Source: Flavobacteriales bacterium (lineage in GTDB: Bacteria > Bacteroidota > Bacteroidia > Flavobacteriales_F > PHOS-HE28). From it: a stretch of DNA of 64,000 nt. The stretch is taken from NCBI GenBank assembly GCA_016712025.1, contig JADJRW010000012.1, forward strand, positions 95,941-159,940. Reading direction: 5' to 3'. The position numbers were made by a program, and so were the translations under genes. Of this stretch, positions 23,393 to 34,188 are shown in pieces (the first letter of the stretch is position 1; each line of letters begins with the position of its first letter). The notes beneath the pieces are model-generated. The model was not told the origin of the DNA. It saw only the letters and a list, made by a program, of their open reading frames with translations, and ran no database searches.

Positions 23393-23882
23393 TCACTCGC
23401 TCTTGGTCGCGTCTTCAGCCTTTGAGGCTTCGGGTGCGGCGGCGTCGGTCTTCTTGGTGGTGCGACCACGACGGGTGCGCTTGGCGGCACCACCGGCTGT
23501 GGTTTTCTCCTTGGTGTAGATCTCGTTGAAGTCCACCAACTCGATCATGGCCATCTCGGCAGCATCGCCCAAGCGGTTGCCGAGCTTGATGATGCGGGTG
23601 TAGCCACCGGCACGCTCCCCCGATCTTGGGGGCCACATCGCGGAAGAGGGCGGCGGTGGCCTCCTTGTTCTGCAGGTAGGAGAAAACCATGCGTTGGCTG
23701 TGCATGCTGTTGTCCTTGCCTTTGGTGAGCAGGGGCTCCACATAGCGGCGCAGGGCGCGTGCCTTGGCCAAGGTGGTGCTGATGCGCTTATGTTCGATCA
23801 GCGAGCAGGCCAGGTTGCTCAGGAGGGAATCCCGATGTGCCTTCTTGCGGCCTAGCGCGTTGTTCTTGTTTCCGTGTCTCAT
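23393..23882 (-). CDS. rplQ: 50S ribosomal protein L17 (frame broken once)
   Basis: [25 protein letters not shown].. is in ORF 23415..23918. ..[27 protein letters not shown] is in ORF 23393..23743. The switch is at C5 run 23617-23621. Confidence 0.9.
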
Positions 23883-23933
23883 GGTCGTAGGCTTTCGCTC
23901 ACGCAGCGGGCGACGCATGCGTCGCCCCTACGA

Positions 23934-24926
23934 TCACTCTTTGTCCAATTTGTACTTGCTCACGTTCATACCGAAGCTGAGGCCCTTGTTCTCCACCAGG
24001 TCCTCCAGTTCGGTCAGGCTCTTCTTCCCGAAGTTGCGGAACTTCAAGAGGTCGTTCTTATTGTAGCTCACCAAGTCACCGAGGGTCTCGATGTCTGCGG
24101 CTTTAAGGCAATTCAGGGCGCGCACGCTCAGGTCCATGTCGACCAATTTGGTCTTCAAAAGCTGGCGCATGTGCAAACTGGTCTCGTCGAACTCTTCCTC
24201 CTGCACGCGCTCCTCCAGTTCCAGGCTGATGCGTTCGTCGCTGAACAGCATGAAGTGGTGAATGAGGATCTTGGCGGCCTCTTGCAAAGCGTTCTTCGGG
24301 CTGATACTGCCGTCGGTGAGCACATCGAGGGTGAGCTTCTCGTAGTCGGTCTTCTGCTCCACGCGTGTGTTCTCCACGGTGTACTTCACGTTCTTGATCG
24401 GCGTGAACACGGAGTCGATGAAGATGGTACCGATGGGCGCGCTCTCCACTTTGTTCTCATCGGCGGGCACATACCCGCGGCCTTTGCCGACGGTGACCTC
24501 CACGGTGAGCTTCACGCTGGTCTCCATGTGGCAGATCACCAACTCCGGGTTGAGCACTTGGAAACCGGTGGTGTGTTTGCCGATGTCGCCCGCAGTAAGG
24601 CTGTCCTTTCCACCAATGGTGAAGGATACTTTTTCGGTGCTCACATCCTCCAGCTGGCGGCGGAAACGGACCTGCTTAAGGTTGAGCACGATCTCGGTGA
24701 CGTCCTCGATCACCCCTTTTATGGTGCTGAATTCGTGGTCGACGCCGTCGATGCGCAGGGCGGTGATGGCATGGCCTTCAAGGCTGCTGAGCAGGATGCG
24801 GCGCAGCGCGTTGCCGATGGTGATGCCATAGCCCGGCTCCAACGGACGGAACTCGAAGGTGCCGCGTTGTTCGTCGCTTTCGATCATCACGACCTTGTCC
24901 GGTCGCTGGAAATCAAGAATGGGCAT
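23934..24926 (-). CDS. rpoA: DNA-directed RNA polymerase subunit alpha
   Basis: [28 protein letters not shown]; C-terminal domain [21 protein letters not shown]. Confidence 0.97.
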   Translation of the reverse strand: MPILDFQRPDKVVMIESDEQRGTFEFRPLEPGYGITIGNALRRILLSSLEGHAITALRIDGVDHEFSTIKGVIEDVTEIVLNLKQVRFRRQLEDVSTEKVSFTIGGKDSLTAGDIGKHTTGFQVLNPELVICHMETSVKLTVEVTVGKGRGYVPADENKVESAPIGTIFIDSVFTPIKNVKYTVENTRVEQKTDYEKLTLDVLTDGSISPKNALQEAAKILIHHFMLFSDERISLELEERVQEEEFDETSLHMRQLLKTKLVDMDLSVRALNCLKAADIETLGDLVSYNKNDLLKFRNFGKKSLTELEDLVENKGLSFGMNVSKYKLDKE

Positions 24927-25027
24927 GTGCTGTTGGTCGTTGTGTTCGTTATCGGTTGTCCGCTGTCAGTACTTGTCCTTTCCCGGTGTGGCCGCCTGAC
25001 AACACGCGGCCAAAATCGGTCTGCTGC

Positions 25028-25633
25028 TTACTTGGAGTACAATTCCACGATGAGTTGCTCGCGGATGTTCTCCGGGATCTGCGCGCGTTCGGGCAGTGCG
25101 ATGAGCTTGCCGGCCATGGCGGTGGGATCCCATTCCAACCAATCGAATCGCCTGCTCGTACCGGCCACGCTATTGGTGATGGCCTCCAAGGAACGGCTCT
25201 TCTCGCGCACGGCCACACGTTGGCCGGGGCGCAGCGTATAGCTCGGGATCGTGACCACCTGTTGGTCCACGGTCACATGGCCATGGGCAACCAACTGGCG
25301 CGCGGCGCGGCGGGTTGGGGCGATGCCCAGACGGTACACGGTGTTGTCCAAGCGGGTTTCGCAGAGTTGGAGCAGGGTCTCACCGGTGATGCCCTTCTTC
25401 GCCGCAGCGATACCGAACATCTTCTCGAACTGGCGCTCAAGGATACCATAGGTGTATTTCGCCTTCTGCTTCTCCGCGAGTTGGTGGGAGTATTCGCTGT
25501 CCTTTTTGCGACGCTTGTTCGGACCGTGTTGTCCGGGGCCGTAGGGTTTGCGCTCCATCCACTTGTCCGGGCCGAAAAGCGGCTCCTTGAACTTGCGGGC
25601 GATCTTGGTCTTGGGTCCTGTATAACGTGCCAT
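25028..25633 (-). CDS. rpsD: 30S ribosomal protein S4
   Basis: [41 protein letters not shown]. Uses the internal Met of ORF 25028..25684. Confidence 0.95.
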   Translation of the reverse strand: MARYTGPKTKIARKFKEPLFGPDKWMERKPYGPGQHGPNKRRKKDSEYSHQLAEKQKAKYTYGILERQFEKMFGIAAAKKGITGETLLQLCETRLDNTVYRLGIAPTRRAARQLVAHGHVTVDQQVVTIPSYTLRPGQRVAVREKSRSLEAITNSVAGTSRRFDWLEWDPTAMAGKLIALPERAQIPENIREQLIVELYSK

Positions 25634-25704
25634 TGTTCTTCTCTTTTGGGTGCGTTCCGCACCAACAACAGAGCGCGCGTCCACGCGCTCCTACGGGGTT
25701 TGTG

Positions 25705-26118
25705 TTAAACGCGGCGCTTCTTGGGTGGACGGCAGCCGTTGTGCGGCATGGGGGTGATGTCGACGATCTCCATCACTTCCACGCCGTTATTGTGCAGGGC
25801 GCGAATGGCGCTTTCGCGCCCGCCGCCTGGGCCTTTCACGAAGACCTTCACCTTGCGTAGGCCCAGTTCGTGCGCTTCGCGGGCGGCCTCTTCGGCGCTC
25901 ACTTGGCCCGCGTACGGGGTGTTCTTCTTGCTTCCGCGGAAGCCCTGCTTGCCAGAAGAGGACCAACTGATCACCTCCCCCTTGTTGTTGGTGAGGCTGA
26001 TGATCAAGTTGTTGAAGGTGGCATGGATGTGCGCCTGACCGTGGGCCTCCACGACCACCTTCTTCTTCTTCTTCTTGCCAGCGGCTGCGCCGCCTTTGCC
26101 TTCTGCTTGTTTTGCCAT
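25705..26118 (-). CDS. rpsK: 30S ribosomal protein S11
   Basis: [46 protein letters not shown]. Confidence 0.97.
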   Translation of the reverse strand: MAKQAEGKGGAAAGKKKKKKVVVEAHGQAHIHATFNNLIISLTNNKGEVISWSSSGKQGFRGSKKNTPYAGQVSAEEAAREAHELGLRKVKVFVKGPGGGRESAIRALHNNGVEVMEIVDITPMPHNGCRPPKKRRV

Positions 26119-26126
26119 TGCCTGTT

Positions 26127-26190
26127 CAGTTGTCGGTTGTCCGTTGTCCGTTGTCAGCAGCGCCTACTGGCAACTGACAACTGGCAACTG
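26127..26190 (-). promoter_or_regulatory. Imperfect hairpin built from heptad repeats in the rpsM-rpsK spacer
   Basis: On the + strand, CAGTTGT CGGTTGT CCGTTGT CCGTTGT CAG (26127-26157) faces CTGGCAA CTGACAA CTGGCAA CTG (26167-26190). In the transcript these read as GACAACN heptads paired with GTTGYCA heptads. Confidence 0.35.
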
Positions 26191-26194
26191 ATCA

Positions 26195-26572
26195 TTACTT
26201 GGTCACCTTCTTCTTGTTCGCGACCGTTTTGCGTTTGCCCTTGCGGGTGCGGCTATTGGTGCGTGTGCGCTGGCCACGCACCGGCAACCCGCTGCGATGA
26301 CGCAACCCGCGGTAGCTGCCGATGTCCATCAAGCGCTTGATGCTCAACTGGGTCTCGCTGCGCAGCGCGCCTTCCACCTTGATGTTATCGTTGATGAACT
26401 GGCGGATGCGCGACTGTTCGTCATCGTCCCACTCGTCCACCTTCTTGTCGGGATCCACTTCCGCGTGCTCGAGGATCTCGAGGGCGCGGTTGCGGCCGAT
26501 GCCGTAGATGTAAGTGAGGCCGATGCAGCCCCGTTTTTGCTTGGGTAGGTCTATGCCTGCGATACGTGCCAT
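26195..26572 (-). CDS. rpsM: 30S ribosomal protein S13
   Basis: [49 protein letters not shown]. Confidence 0.97.
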   Translation of the reverse strand: MARIAGIDLPKQKRGCIGLTYIYGIGRNRALEILEHAEVDPDKKVDEWDDDEQSRIRQFINDNIKVEGALRSETQLSIKRLMDIGSYRGLRHRSGLPVRGQRTRTNSRTRKGKRKTVANKKKVTK

Positions 26573-26589
26573 GCTCTATGCGTGCGTTA

Positions 26590-26706
26590 TCAGCCCTGAC
26601 GTTGCTTGAACTTCGGGTTCTTCTTGTTGATCACATACAGGCGCCCTTTGCGGCGGACGATCTTGCAGTCCACCGAGCGCTTTTTGAGGGAGGTCCTGAT
26701 CTTCAT
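26590..26706 (-). CDS. rpmJ: 50S ribosomal protein L36
   Basis: Hand translation gives [38 protein letters not shown] (38 aa). The listed ORF 26576..26761 is the wrong frame. Confidence 0.9.
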   Translation of the reverse strand: MKIRTSLKKRSVDCKIVRRKGRLYVINKKNPKFKQRQG

Positions 26707-26717
26707 CGGTTCGATCC

Positions 26718-26939
26718 TTAACTCTTGTATCGGAAACTGATCCTTCCCTTGGTGAGGTCATAGGGGCTCATTTCCACTTTGACCTTGTCCCCCGGTAGGA
26801 TCCGGATGTAGTGCATGCGCATCTTGCCCGAGATGTGGGCGGTTATGACGTGGCCGTTCTCCAGCTCCACACGGAACATAGCATTGCTCAGCGCCTCTTT
26901 GATGACGCCGTCCTGCTCTATGTTCCCCGTTTTGCTCAT
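26718..26939 (-). CDS. infA: Translation initiation factor IF-1
   Basis: [73 protein letters not shown]. Uses the internal Met of ORF 26718..27143. Confidence 0.95.
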   Translation of the reverse strand: MSKTGNIEQDGVIKEALSNAMFRVELENGHVITAHISGKMRMHYIRILPGDKVKVEMSPYDLTKGRISFRYKS

Positions 26940-26980
26940 GCCTTCCTTCTCCGTGTGTTTTGTTAGTTCTCTTCTTTGTC

Positions 26981-27802
26981 CTAGTCCATCACCTCGTCCA
27001 ACTCCACATACCAATCGTTCTTTTTCTTCAGCACATCCTCGATGTGGCTGAACGTTGAAAGGACCTCTGCGTGGCCGTGCCGCACGGCGACGGTATGCTC
27101 GAAGTGGGCGCTGGGCTTGCGGTCGTGGCTCACCACGGTCCAACCGTCGTCCAACTGGCTCACCTCCTTGGTGCCCATGTTGATCATCGGTTCGATGGCG
27201 ATCACCATCCCGGTGCGTAGTTGCGTTCCATGCCCGCGGCGGCCATAGTTCGGAACTTCCGGGGCTTCGTGCAGCTTTTCGCCCACACCGTGCCCCACTA
27301 GTTCGCGCACTACGCCGTAGCCGTTGCGCTCGGCGTGGTGTTGGATCGCGTAACCCACGTCGCCGGTGCGCCGGCCGTCAACCGCTTGGGAGATGCCCAG
27401 GCGCAAACAGTCCTGTGTCCCACGCAGCAAGCGTTTCACCGCTTCGTCCACTTCGCCGATGGCGAAGGTGTAGGCACTGTCGCCGTAGAATCCGTTCATC
27501 AATACACCGCAATCCACGCTGGCGACGTCGCCATCGCGCAGCTCACGGGTACCCGGCAGGCCATGTACCACTTCTTCGTTCACACTGATCAACAGCGTGG
27601 ACGGGCAGCCGTACAGACCCTTGAAACCAGGTAACGCACCATGGTCCCGGATGAACGTTTCCGCAAGGCGGTCCAGTTCACCGGTAACGGCACCGGGCCG
27701 CATTCGTTTGGCCACTTCGGCCAAGGTCCTCCCAACAAGCAAAGAACTCTCTCTCACCAACGCGATCTCGGCATCGCTCCGATAGTTCACGGTTTTAGCC
27801 AT
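26981..27802 (-). CDS. map: Type I methionyl aminopeptidase
   Basis: Metal-ligand context is present: [38 protein letters not shown]. Confidence 0.95.
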   Translation of the reverse strand: MAKTVNYRSDAEIALVRESSLLVGRTLAEVAKRMRPGAVTGELDRLAETFIRDHGALPGFKGLYGCPSTLLISVNEEVVHGLPGTRELRDGDVASVDCGVLMNGFYGDSAYTFAIGEVDEAVKRLLRGTQDCLRLGISQAVDGRRTGDVGYAIQHHAERNGYGVVRELVGHGVGEKLHEAPEVPNYGRRGHGTQLRTGMVIAIEPMINMGTKEVSQLDDGWTVVSHDRKPSAHFEHTVAVRHGHAEVLSTFSHIEDVLKKKNDWYVELDEVMD

Positions 27803-27805
27803 GCC

Positions 27806-29128
27806 CTATCCCGCCATGCCGTAGGCCGCGTTCGTTCGTCCCTTGATCCGGCCTGTTTTCATCAGACCGTCGTAATGTCTCATCAACAAATGGCTCTCGA
27901 TCTGTTGCAAGGTGTCCAACAGTACACCGACCATGATCAACAGCGAGGTGCCACCAAAGAACTGTGCGAAGCCCTGCTTGATGCCGGCCATTTGCGCGAA
28001 GGCGGGTAGAATGGCGACCATGCCGAGAAAGATGGCCCCGGGCAAGGTGATGCGGCTCAAGAGTTCATCGATATGATCGGCGGTCTGCTTACCGGGCTTC
28101 ACGCCAGGGATGAAGCCGCCGTTGCGCTTCATGTCGTCCGCCAGTTGCACGGGGTTCACCGTGATGGCCGTGTAGAAGTAGGTGAACATCACCACCATGG
28201 AGAACAACAAGAGGTTGTAGAAGGTGCCTTGTGCATTGGCCAGCCCGAGCAACCATTGGGGAGGTTGCTCGAACGCTTGTGCCACATACATCGGGATCAG
28301 TACGATGGCCTGTGCGAAGATGATCGGCATCACACCGGCCGCGTTCACCTTCAAGGGGATGTAGTTGCGCACGCCTCCGAACTGCTTGTTGCCCTGCACG
28401 CGCTTGGCGAACTGCACCGGTATTCGGCGCGTACCCTGCACGAGCAGAATGCACCCCGCTATTATGAGCACCCAGAGCACCACCTCGACCAACAGCAGCA
28501 CGAGACCGCCGCCGCCAGGCCCCATGCGTCCTACCACCTCCTGCGCGAAGCTCTGAGGGAACTCCGCGAGGATGCCGATCATGATGATCAACGAGATACC
28601 GTTGCCGAGACCACGTTCCGTGATCCGTTCGCCGAGCCACATGACGAAGAGCGTGCTACAGGTAAGGATCACCACGGTGGTGAAGAGCCAGAACTGGCTA
28701 TCCGGCCGTGCATCGGGATCGATGGTAGCGTAGATGTAACCCGGCGCCTGGAATACGCAAATGAGGATGGTGAGGTAGCGTGTGTACTGGTTCAGCTTGC
28801 GCCGACCGCTTTCCTCGCGTTGCATTTTCTGCACAGCGGGCACCGCGATGCCCATCAACTGCATGATGATGCTGGCGCTGATGTAGGGCATGATGCCCAA
28901 CGCGAAAATGCTGGCGCGGGTGAAGGCGCCCCCTGTGAAGATCGAGAGGATCTCCACGATACCGCCCCCTCCAGTGGAGGCGGTGGCCATTTTCAGTGAA
29001 TCCACGCCGGGCAGTACGATGTAGCTGCCGATGCGGTAGACCAAGAGCAGTCCGAGGGTGATGAGGATGCGGTTCCGCAGCTCCTCGATCCGCCAGATGT
29101 TCTTGACCGTGTCGATCAGGTTCTTCAT
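27806..29128 (-). CDS. secY: Preprotein translocase subunit SecY
   Basis: Ten-TM profile; IFALGIMPYISASIIMQL, GERITERGLGNGISLII, FIPGVKPGKQT. Confidence 0.97.
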   Translation of the reverse strand: MKNLIDTVKNIWRIEELRNRILITLGLLLVYRIGSYIVLPGVDSLKMATASTGGGGIVEILSIFTGGAFTRASIFALGIMPYISASIIMQLMGIAVPAVQKMQREESGRRKLNQYTRYLTILICVFQAPGYIYATIDPDARPDSQFWLFTTVVILTCSTLFVMWLGERITERGLGNGISLIIMIGILAEFPQSFAQEVVGRMGPGGGGLVLLLVEVVLWVLIIAGCILLVQGTRRIPVQFAKRVQGNKQFGGVRNYIPLKVNAAGVMPIIFAQAIVLIPMYVAQAFEQPPQWLLGLANAQGTFYNLLLFSMVVMFTYFYTAITVNPVQLADDMKRNGGFIPGVKPGKQTADHIDELLSRITLPGAIFLGMVAILPAFAQMAGIKQGFAQFFGGTSLLIMVGVLLDTLQQIESHLLMRHYDGLMKTGRIKGRTNAAYGMAG

Positions 29129-29598
29129 GCCTTATCGCTCTTCTCCTTCCGCACGATGGTGACCGCCTTTCCGCCTTTGCTCTCGATGCTCGCCTTGGCG
29201 GTCGCACTGAAGGCATGCGCCGTAACGTCGAGCGCACCTTTCAGCTCACCGCGGCCCAATACCTTCAGCTTGTCGTTCTTGGCGATCAGGCCGTTCGTGT
29301 AGAGCACATCCGGGTTGATGGTCTTCAACCCCTGTGTTTCAATGAGCATCTGGAGGGTATCCAGGTTGATGCCCTTGTACTCGACCCGGGTGGGGTTGGT
29401 GAAGCCGAACTTCGGCACACGACGCACCAAAGGCATCTGGCCACCTTCAAAGCCGCGCTTGCGGCTGTAGCCGGCACGGCTCTGGGCGCCCTTGTGGCCT
29501 TTCGTGGACGTACCGCCCTTGCCGCTGCCTTCGCCGCGACCGATGCGTTTCTCCTTCTTGGTGGCCCCTTTGGCGGGCTTCAAATTGCTCAGGTCCAT
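29125..29598 (-). CDS. rplO: 50S ribosomal protein L15
   Basis: MDLSNLKPAKGATKKEKRIGRGEGSGKGGTSTKGHKGAQSR. Confidence 0.95.
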   Translation of the reverse strand: MDLSNLKPAKGATKKEKRIGRGEGSGKGGTSTKGHKGAQSRAGYSRKRGFEGGQMPLVRRVPKFGFTNPTRVEYKGINLDTLQMLIETQGLKTINPDVLYTNGLIAKNDKLKVLGRGELKGALDVTAHAFSATAKASIESKGGKAVTIVRKEKSDKA

Positions 29599-29621
29599 GT
29601 CCGTGGTCTGTTACTGGTGGT

Positions 29622-29804
29622 TCAGGCTTGCTCCTTTACCGATACCAAGTGATGTACTTTTTCGACCATGCCGCGGATCTGCGGCGTGGCCTCCACTTCG
29701 ACGTGTTTGCCGATGCGTCCCAGTCCAAGGGCCTTCAGGGTGTCCTTCTGGCGCTTGGGAGTTTTGATCTGGCTGCGCGTCTGGGTGATGGTGATCTTGC
29801 TCAT
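29622..29804 (-). CDS. rpmD: 50S ribosomal protein L30
   Basis: MSKITITQTRSQIKTPKRQKDTLKALGLGRIGKHVEV. Confidence 0.93.
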   Translation of the reverse strand: MSKITITQTRSQIKTPKRQKDTLKALGLGRIGKHVEVEATPQIRGMVEKVHHLVSVKEQA

Positions 29805-29837
29805 GGCTCGTGGTCCCGGAGGCCGGGGCCTGTTTGC

Positions 29838-30356
29838 TTATCCGTTGAAAACCTTGGAGACATTGACCCCTCGCATTTGGGCCACGGTGTTCGCATCACG
29901 AAGGCTCTCGAGTGCTTTGATCGTGGCTTTCACCACGTTGTGCGGGTTGCTGGAGCCTTTGCTTTTCGCGAGCACGTCGGTTACGCCAACGCTTTCGAGT
30001 ACAGCGCGCATGGCTCCTCCGGCGATAACCCCGGTACCGTGGGCGGCAGGCTTCAGCAACACTTGGGCGCCGGCGAATTTTCCCTCTTGTGTATGAGGGA
30101 TGGTGCCTTTGCGCACCGACACCTTCACCAAGTTCTTCTTGGCATCGTCGATGCCCTTGGCGATGGCCTCCTGCACCTCCTTGGCCTTTCCGAGGCCATG
30201 GCCTACCACACCGTTCTCGTTCCCCACCACCACAATGGCGGCGAAGGTGAACGTGCGACCACCTTTGGTCACTTTGGTCACGCGGTTCAGGGCCACGAGC
30301 CGGTCCTTCAGCTCGAGATCGCTGCTGCGCACTTTCTTAACGTTAGCTCCTTCCAT
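29838..30356 (-). CDS. rpsE: 30S ribosomal protein S5
   Basis: [42 protein letters not shown]. Confidence 0.96.
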   Translation of the reverse strand: MEGANVKKVRSSDLELKDRLVALNRVTKVTKGGRTFTFAAIVVVGNENGVVGHGLGKAKEVQEAIAKGIDDAKKNLVKVSVRKGTIPHTQEGKFAGAQVLLKPAAHGTGVIAGGAMRAVLESVGVTDVLAKSKGSSNPHNVVKATIKALESLRDANTVAQMRGVNVSKVFNG

Positions 30357-30369
30357 CTTGGGTCGTTGA

Positions 30370-30723
30370 TCAGAATTGGAGACCGGCCTCGCGGGCGGCT
30401 TCGGCGAGGGCTTTCACCCGGCCATGATAGACGTAACCGTTCCGGTCGAACACGACCATTTCGATACCAGCCGCCTTGGCCTTTTCGGCGATGGCCGTGC
30501 CGACATGCTTGGCCTGTTCGACGCCGGCGGCCGCATGCGCTTTTTTGTCCTTCAGCGAAGAGGCGCTCGCCAACGTGCGGCCTTCCTCGTCGTTGATGAT
30601 CTGGGCGTAGATATCGCCGTTGCTGCGGTAGACCGACAAGCGTGGGCGCACCGTGGTACCCTTCACGCGGATGCGTACCCGTTCTCGGATCTTGGCCCTG
30701 CGTACGTTCCTGTTGAATGCCAT
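30370..30723 (-). CDS. rplR: 50S ribosomal protein L18
   Basis: [57 protein letters not shown]. Confidence 0.96.
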   Translation of the reverse strand: MAFNRNVRRAKIRERVRIRVKGTTVRPRLSVYRSNGDIYAQIINDEEGRTLASASSLKDKKAHAAAGVEQAKHVGTAIAEKAKAAGIEMVVFDRNGYVYHGRVKALAEAAREAGLQF

Positions 30724-30731
30724 GACTGTGC

Positions 30732-31283
30732 TTATTTGCCTGCGGCTTTACCGGCCTTGCGGCGTACTTCTTCTCCAACGAAGCGGACCCCTTTGCCTTT
30801 GTAAGGCTCGGGTTTGCGCAGTGAGCGGATCTTGGCGGCCACTTGGCCAACAAGTTGTTTATCGACGCTTTCCAGGCGGATGATCGGGTTCTTTCCTTTC
30901 TCCTGTGCGGCGGTCACCTTGATCTCGGTAGGCAGCTCGAAAGTGACCTGATGGCTGAAGCCCAATGAGAGCTGGAGCTGTTGCCCCTTCGTGGTGGCGC
31001 GGTAACCGACACCTACCAATTCCTGTTGGATCACGAAGCCTTCGGTAACACCCTTTACCATATTAGCGATCAGGGCGCGGTACAATCCGTGCTTGGCGCG
31101 GTGCGGCTTCGCGTCGCTTGGTCGCGCCAAGGTGACGGTGCCGTTATCGTTGGTCAGGGTAATGGCGGGGTCCACCTGTTGGGTGAGCGTGCCTTTCGGG
31201 CCCTTCACCGTAACGAGGTTCTTGTGGACGCTGATCTCCACCCCTTTGGGCAGACTGATCGGTGCTTTTCCAATGCGTGACAT
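30732..31283 (-). CDS. rplF: 50S ribosomal protein L6
   Basis: [40 protein letters not shown]. Confidence 0.96.
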   Translation of the reverse strand: MSRIGKAPISLPKGVEISVHKNLVTVKGPKGTLTQQVDPAITLTNDNGTVTLARPSDAKPHRAKHGLYRALIANMVKGVTEGFVIQQELVGVGYRATTKGQQLQLSLGFSHQVTFELPTEIKVTAAQEKGKNPIIRLESVDKQLVGQVAAKIRSLRKPEPYKGKGVRFVGEEVRRKAGKAAGK

Positions 31284-31301
31284 GGTCGTGCAGGTCTGGG
31301 G

Positions 31302-31700
31302 TCAGCTAACGAAACAGATCACTTCACCACCAACGCCCAAGTTGCGGGCCTCCTTGTCGGTGACAACCCCTTTGCTGGTGCTGATAATGGCCACACCGAG
31401 GCCGTTGAGCACGCGAGGTAGTTCGGTGCCGTGCGCATATTGACGCAGGCCGGGGCTGCTCACGCGCGTCAGTTCGCGGATGGCGCTCTGGCGTGTCTGC
31501 GGATGGTACTTCAGGGCGATCTTGATCAGGCCCTGCTTGCCGTCCTCCTGCAGTTTGTAGGAAAGGATGTATCCTTTGTCGTAGAGGATGCGCGTGATGT
31601 CCTTCTTCAGGCCGGACGCGGGCACCTCCACCACTTTCTTGCGCGCCATGATGGCGTTGCGCAGGCGGGTGAGGTAATCGGCGATGGGATCGGTGGTCAT
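31302..31700 (-). CDS. rpsH: 30S ribosomal protein S8
   Basis: MTTDPIADYLTRLRNAIMARKKVVEVPAS..GVAIISTSKGVVTDKEAR..GGEVICFV. Confidence 0.96.
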   Translation of the reverse strand: MTTDPIADYLTRLRNAIMARKKVVEVPASGLKKDITRILYDKGYILSYKLQEDGKQGLIKIALKYHPQTRQSAIRELTRVSSPGLRQYAHGTELPRVLNGLGVAIISTSKGVVTDKEARNLGVGGEVICFVS

Positions 31701-31712
31701 GGGATGTCTTAT

Positions 31713-31982
31713 TTACCAGCTGGACTTGGTGACGCCGGGGATCTTGCCCTCCAATGCCATATTGCGGAACACGTTCCGGCTGATGCCGAAGAGGCGGATG
31801 TAACCCTTGGGGCGGCCAGTGAGCTGGCAGCGGTTGTGCATACGCACCCGGCTGGAGTTGGCGGGAAGCTGCTGGAGCTTGTCCCATTCGCCGGCGGCTT
31901 TGAGGGCAGCGCGTTTCACGGCGAACTTCTCCACCATTTTCTTGCGCTTGCGCTCACGCGCCTTCATGCTTTCCTTGGCCAT
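31713..31982 (-). CDS. rpsN: 30S ribosomal protein S14
   Basis: [65 protein letters not shown]. Uses the internal Met of ORF 31713..32021. Confidence 0.95.
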   Translation of the reverse strand: MAKESMKARERKRKKMVEKFAVKRAALKAAGEWDKLQQLPANSSRVRMHNRCQLTGRPKGYIRLFGISRNVFRNMALEGKIPGVTKSSW

Positions 31983-31998
31983 GGTCTGGTCTCTATCG

Positions 31999-32565
31999 TT
32001 ATTTCTTGTCGGCCTTATCACTGAACGGCATGCCGAACTCGGTCAAGAGCGCTTTGGCCTCCGCATCGGTCTTGGCGGTGGTCACGAACGTGATGTCCAT
32101 GCCCCGGATCTTGCTCACCTTGTCGATATCGATCTCCGGGAAGATGATCTGCTCCTTCACCCCGAAGGTGAAGTTGCCACGGCCATCGAAGCCCTTGGCC
32201 TGCACACCGCGGAAGTCGCGTGTACGGGGCAGGGCAACAGCGATCAAGCGGTCCAGGAACTCGTACATCTTGTCGCCACGCAAAGTGACACGCGCCCCGA
32301 TGGGCATGCCTTTGCGCAGTTTGAAGTTGCTGATGTCCTTCTTGGACACCGTGGGGACCGCTTTCTGTCCGCTGATGGTGGTCATGTCGATCACCGCGGC
32401 ATCCACGATCTTCTTGTCGCCCACCGCGTCGCCCAACCCTTGGTTCAGGCTGATCTTCACCAGGCGGGGCACCTGCATGTTGCTGGTGTAGTTGAACTGC
32501 TTCTGCAGGGCAGGAGCGACTTCCTTGGCGTACTTGGCTTTGAGCCGGGGTGCGTAGGTGCTCAT
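31999..32565 (-). CDS. rplE: 50S ribosomal protein L5
   Basis: [55 protein letters not shown]. Confidence 0.96.
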   Translation of the reverse strand: MSTYAPRLKAKYAKEVAPALQKQFNYTSNMQVPRLVKISLNQGLGDAVGDKKIVDAAVIDMTTISGQKAVPTVSKKDISNFKLRKGMPIGARVTLRGDKMYEFLDRLIAVALPRTRDFRGVQAKGFDGRGNFTFGVKEQIIFPEIDIDKVSKIRGMDITFVTTAKTDAEAKALLTEFGMPFSDKADKK

Positions 32566-32888
32566 GACTTGGCGGCCGTTTTCTTGGTCTTCACGAAGCG
32601 TTCCAGTTTGCCGTCCTTATTGGCTTTGCGTCCCACGCGGCCCGGCACGCCGCTCTTGGCGTCGATGAGCATGAGATTGCTGATGTGGATGGCACCCTCC
32701 TTGTCCACGATGCCACCCTGGGGGTTGGCGGTGGTGGGCTTGCTGTGCTTCTTGTTCAGGTTGAGTCCCTCGACGAAGGCGCGCAGGGCTGTGCGGTCCA
32801 CCTCAAGCACCCGGCCTTGTTTGCCACGGTCCTCTCCGGATAGCACCTTCACCAGGTCGCCTTTCTTGATATGTAGCTTCTTCTGCAT
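32562..32888 (-). CDS. rplX: 50S ribosomal protein L24
   Basis: [44 protein letters not shown]. Confidence 0.95.
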   Translation of the reverse strand: MQKKLHIKKGDLVKVLSGEDRGKQGRVLEVDRTALRAFVEGLNLNKKHSKPTTANPQGGIVDKEGAIHISNLMLIDAKSGVPGRVGRKANKDGKLERFVKTKKTAAKS

Positions 32889-32894
32889 GACCGT

Positions 32895-33263
32895 TCAGAG
32901 TACCTCGGGGGCGAGGGAAATGATCTTCATGAACTTCTTTTCGCGGAGCTCCTTGGCAACTGGGCCGAAGATGCGCGTACCGCGCATCTCGCCAGCGGCG
33001 TCCAGCAGTACCACGGCATTGTCGTCGAAGCGGATGTAGCTGCCGTCCTTGCGCCGCAGTTCCTTCCGCGTGCGGACCACCACGGCCTTGCTCACCGTAC
33101 CCTTCTTAGCGTTGCCGTTGGGCATGGCGTCCTTGATGGTCACCACGATGGTGTCACCGATGCGGGCATAACGCCGGGCGGTGCCACCGAGCACGCGGAT
33201 GCAGAGCACCTCTTTGGCGCCGCTGTTGTCGGCCACATTGAGCCTGGATTCCTGTTGGATCAT
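32895..33263 (-). CDS. rplN: 50S ribosomal protein L14
   Basis: [51 protein letters not shown]. Confidence 0.97.
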   Translation of the reverse strand: MIQQESRLNVADNSGAKEVLCIRVLGGTARRYARIGDTIVVTIKDAMPNGNAKKGTVSKAVVVRTRKELRRKDGSYIRFDDNAVVLLDAAGEMRGTRIFGPVAKELREKKFMKIISLAPEVL

Positions 33264-33275
33264 CGCTTGCTGGTA

Positions 33276-33530
33276 TTACTTGGCGCGTTCCACGATCTCC
33301 ACCACCCGCCAGCATTTGCTCTTGCTGATGGGGCGCGTTTCCATGATCCGCACCGTATCTCCGATGTTGGCCTCCTCCTTTTCGTCGTGCGCCATGAACT
33401 TGCTGCTGCGCTTCACGAACTTGCCGTACTTGGGGTGCATGACGCGGCGCTCCACGATCACCACCACGCTCTTGTCCATCTTGTCGCTGGTGACGATGCC
33501 AACGCGTTCTTTCCTGAGATTGCGGTCCAT
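33276..33530 (-). CDS. rpsQ: 30S ribosomal protein S17
   Basis: [40 protein letters not shown]. Confidence 0.95.
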   Translation of the reverse strand: MDRNLRKERVGIVTSDKMDKSVVVIVERRVMHPKYGKFVKRSSKFMAHDEKEEANIGDTVRIMETRPISKSKCWRVVEIVERAK

Positions 33531-33541
33531 GGGTCCGTGCC

Positions 33542-33751
33542 TTATTTCTTGTTCACATTCAGTTCGCGGGCACGCAGTTCGGTGAGCACCCGTGCCACTT
33601 CCTTGCGCTTGAGGCGCAGTTGCATGGGGCTTTCCACCGGGCTGACCGCATGGTCGAAGCGCAGCTTGCTCAGCTTGGTCCGTACGTCCTGCAGCTTATC
33701 CTGCAGTTCCACGACCGTGAGGTCCTTGAGTTCGGTGCCTTTCTTCTTCAT
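33542..33751 (-). CDS. rpmC: 50S ribosomal protein L29
   Basis: [52 protein letters not shown]. Confidence 0.93.
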   Translation of the reverse strand: MKKKGTELKDLTVVELQDKLQDVRTKLSKLRFDHAVSPVESPMQLRLKRKEVARVLTELRARELNVNKK

Positions 33752-33760
33752 CGCTCGCGC

Positions 33761-34183
33761 TTATTGGCCGTCGTAGTCTTCACGTACCACGAACTTGGTC
33801 TTGATCGGTAGCTTCTGCGCCGCTAGGCGGAGGGCCTCCTGGGCGGTGGCCATCGGTACCCCGTCCGCTTCGAAGATGATGCGGCCGGCTTGGCACACGG
33901 CCACCCAATGGCTCAAGGCACCTTTACCCTTACCCATCCGGACCTCGGCGGGTTTGGCGGTGACCGGCTTATCCGGGAAAACCTTGATCCACACCTGACC
34001 CTCGCGCTTCATGTGGCGGGTAAGGGCCACACGGGCGGCTTCGATCTGGCGGCCGGTGAGCCATACGCTCTCCATGGCTTTCAGGCCGAAAGATCCTAGG
34101 GCTACGCGGTGACCGCGTTGGGCCTCGCCCTTCATGCGGCCCTTGTGCATATTGCGGCGCTTGCTACGCTTGGGTTGCAACAT
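33761..34183 (-). CDS. rplP: 50S ribosomal protein L16
   Basis: [50 protein letters not shown]. Confidence 0.97.
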   Translation of the reverse strand: MLQPKRSKRRNMHKGRMKGEAQRGHRVALGSFGLKAMESVWLTGRQIEAARVALTRHMKREGQVWIKVFPDKPVTAKPAEVRMGKGKGALSHWVAVCQAGRIIFEADGVPMATAQEALRLAAQKLPIKTKFVVREDYDGQ

Positions 34184-34188
34184 GGCTC

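Noticed and set aside
20833-23493. Full 886-aa extent of the ORF containing the dehydrogenase.
   Set aside because: The first 156 codons run through the rplQ terminator region and overlap rplQ. A clean signal peptide begins at the Met encoded at 23025.
26576-26761. 61-aa minus-strand ORF covering the rpmJ region.
   Set aside because: Wrong frame. The adjacent frame encodes a canonical 38-aa L36 (26590..26706).
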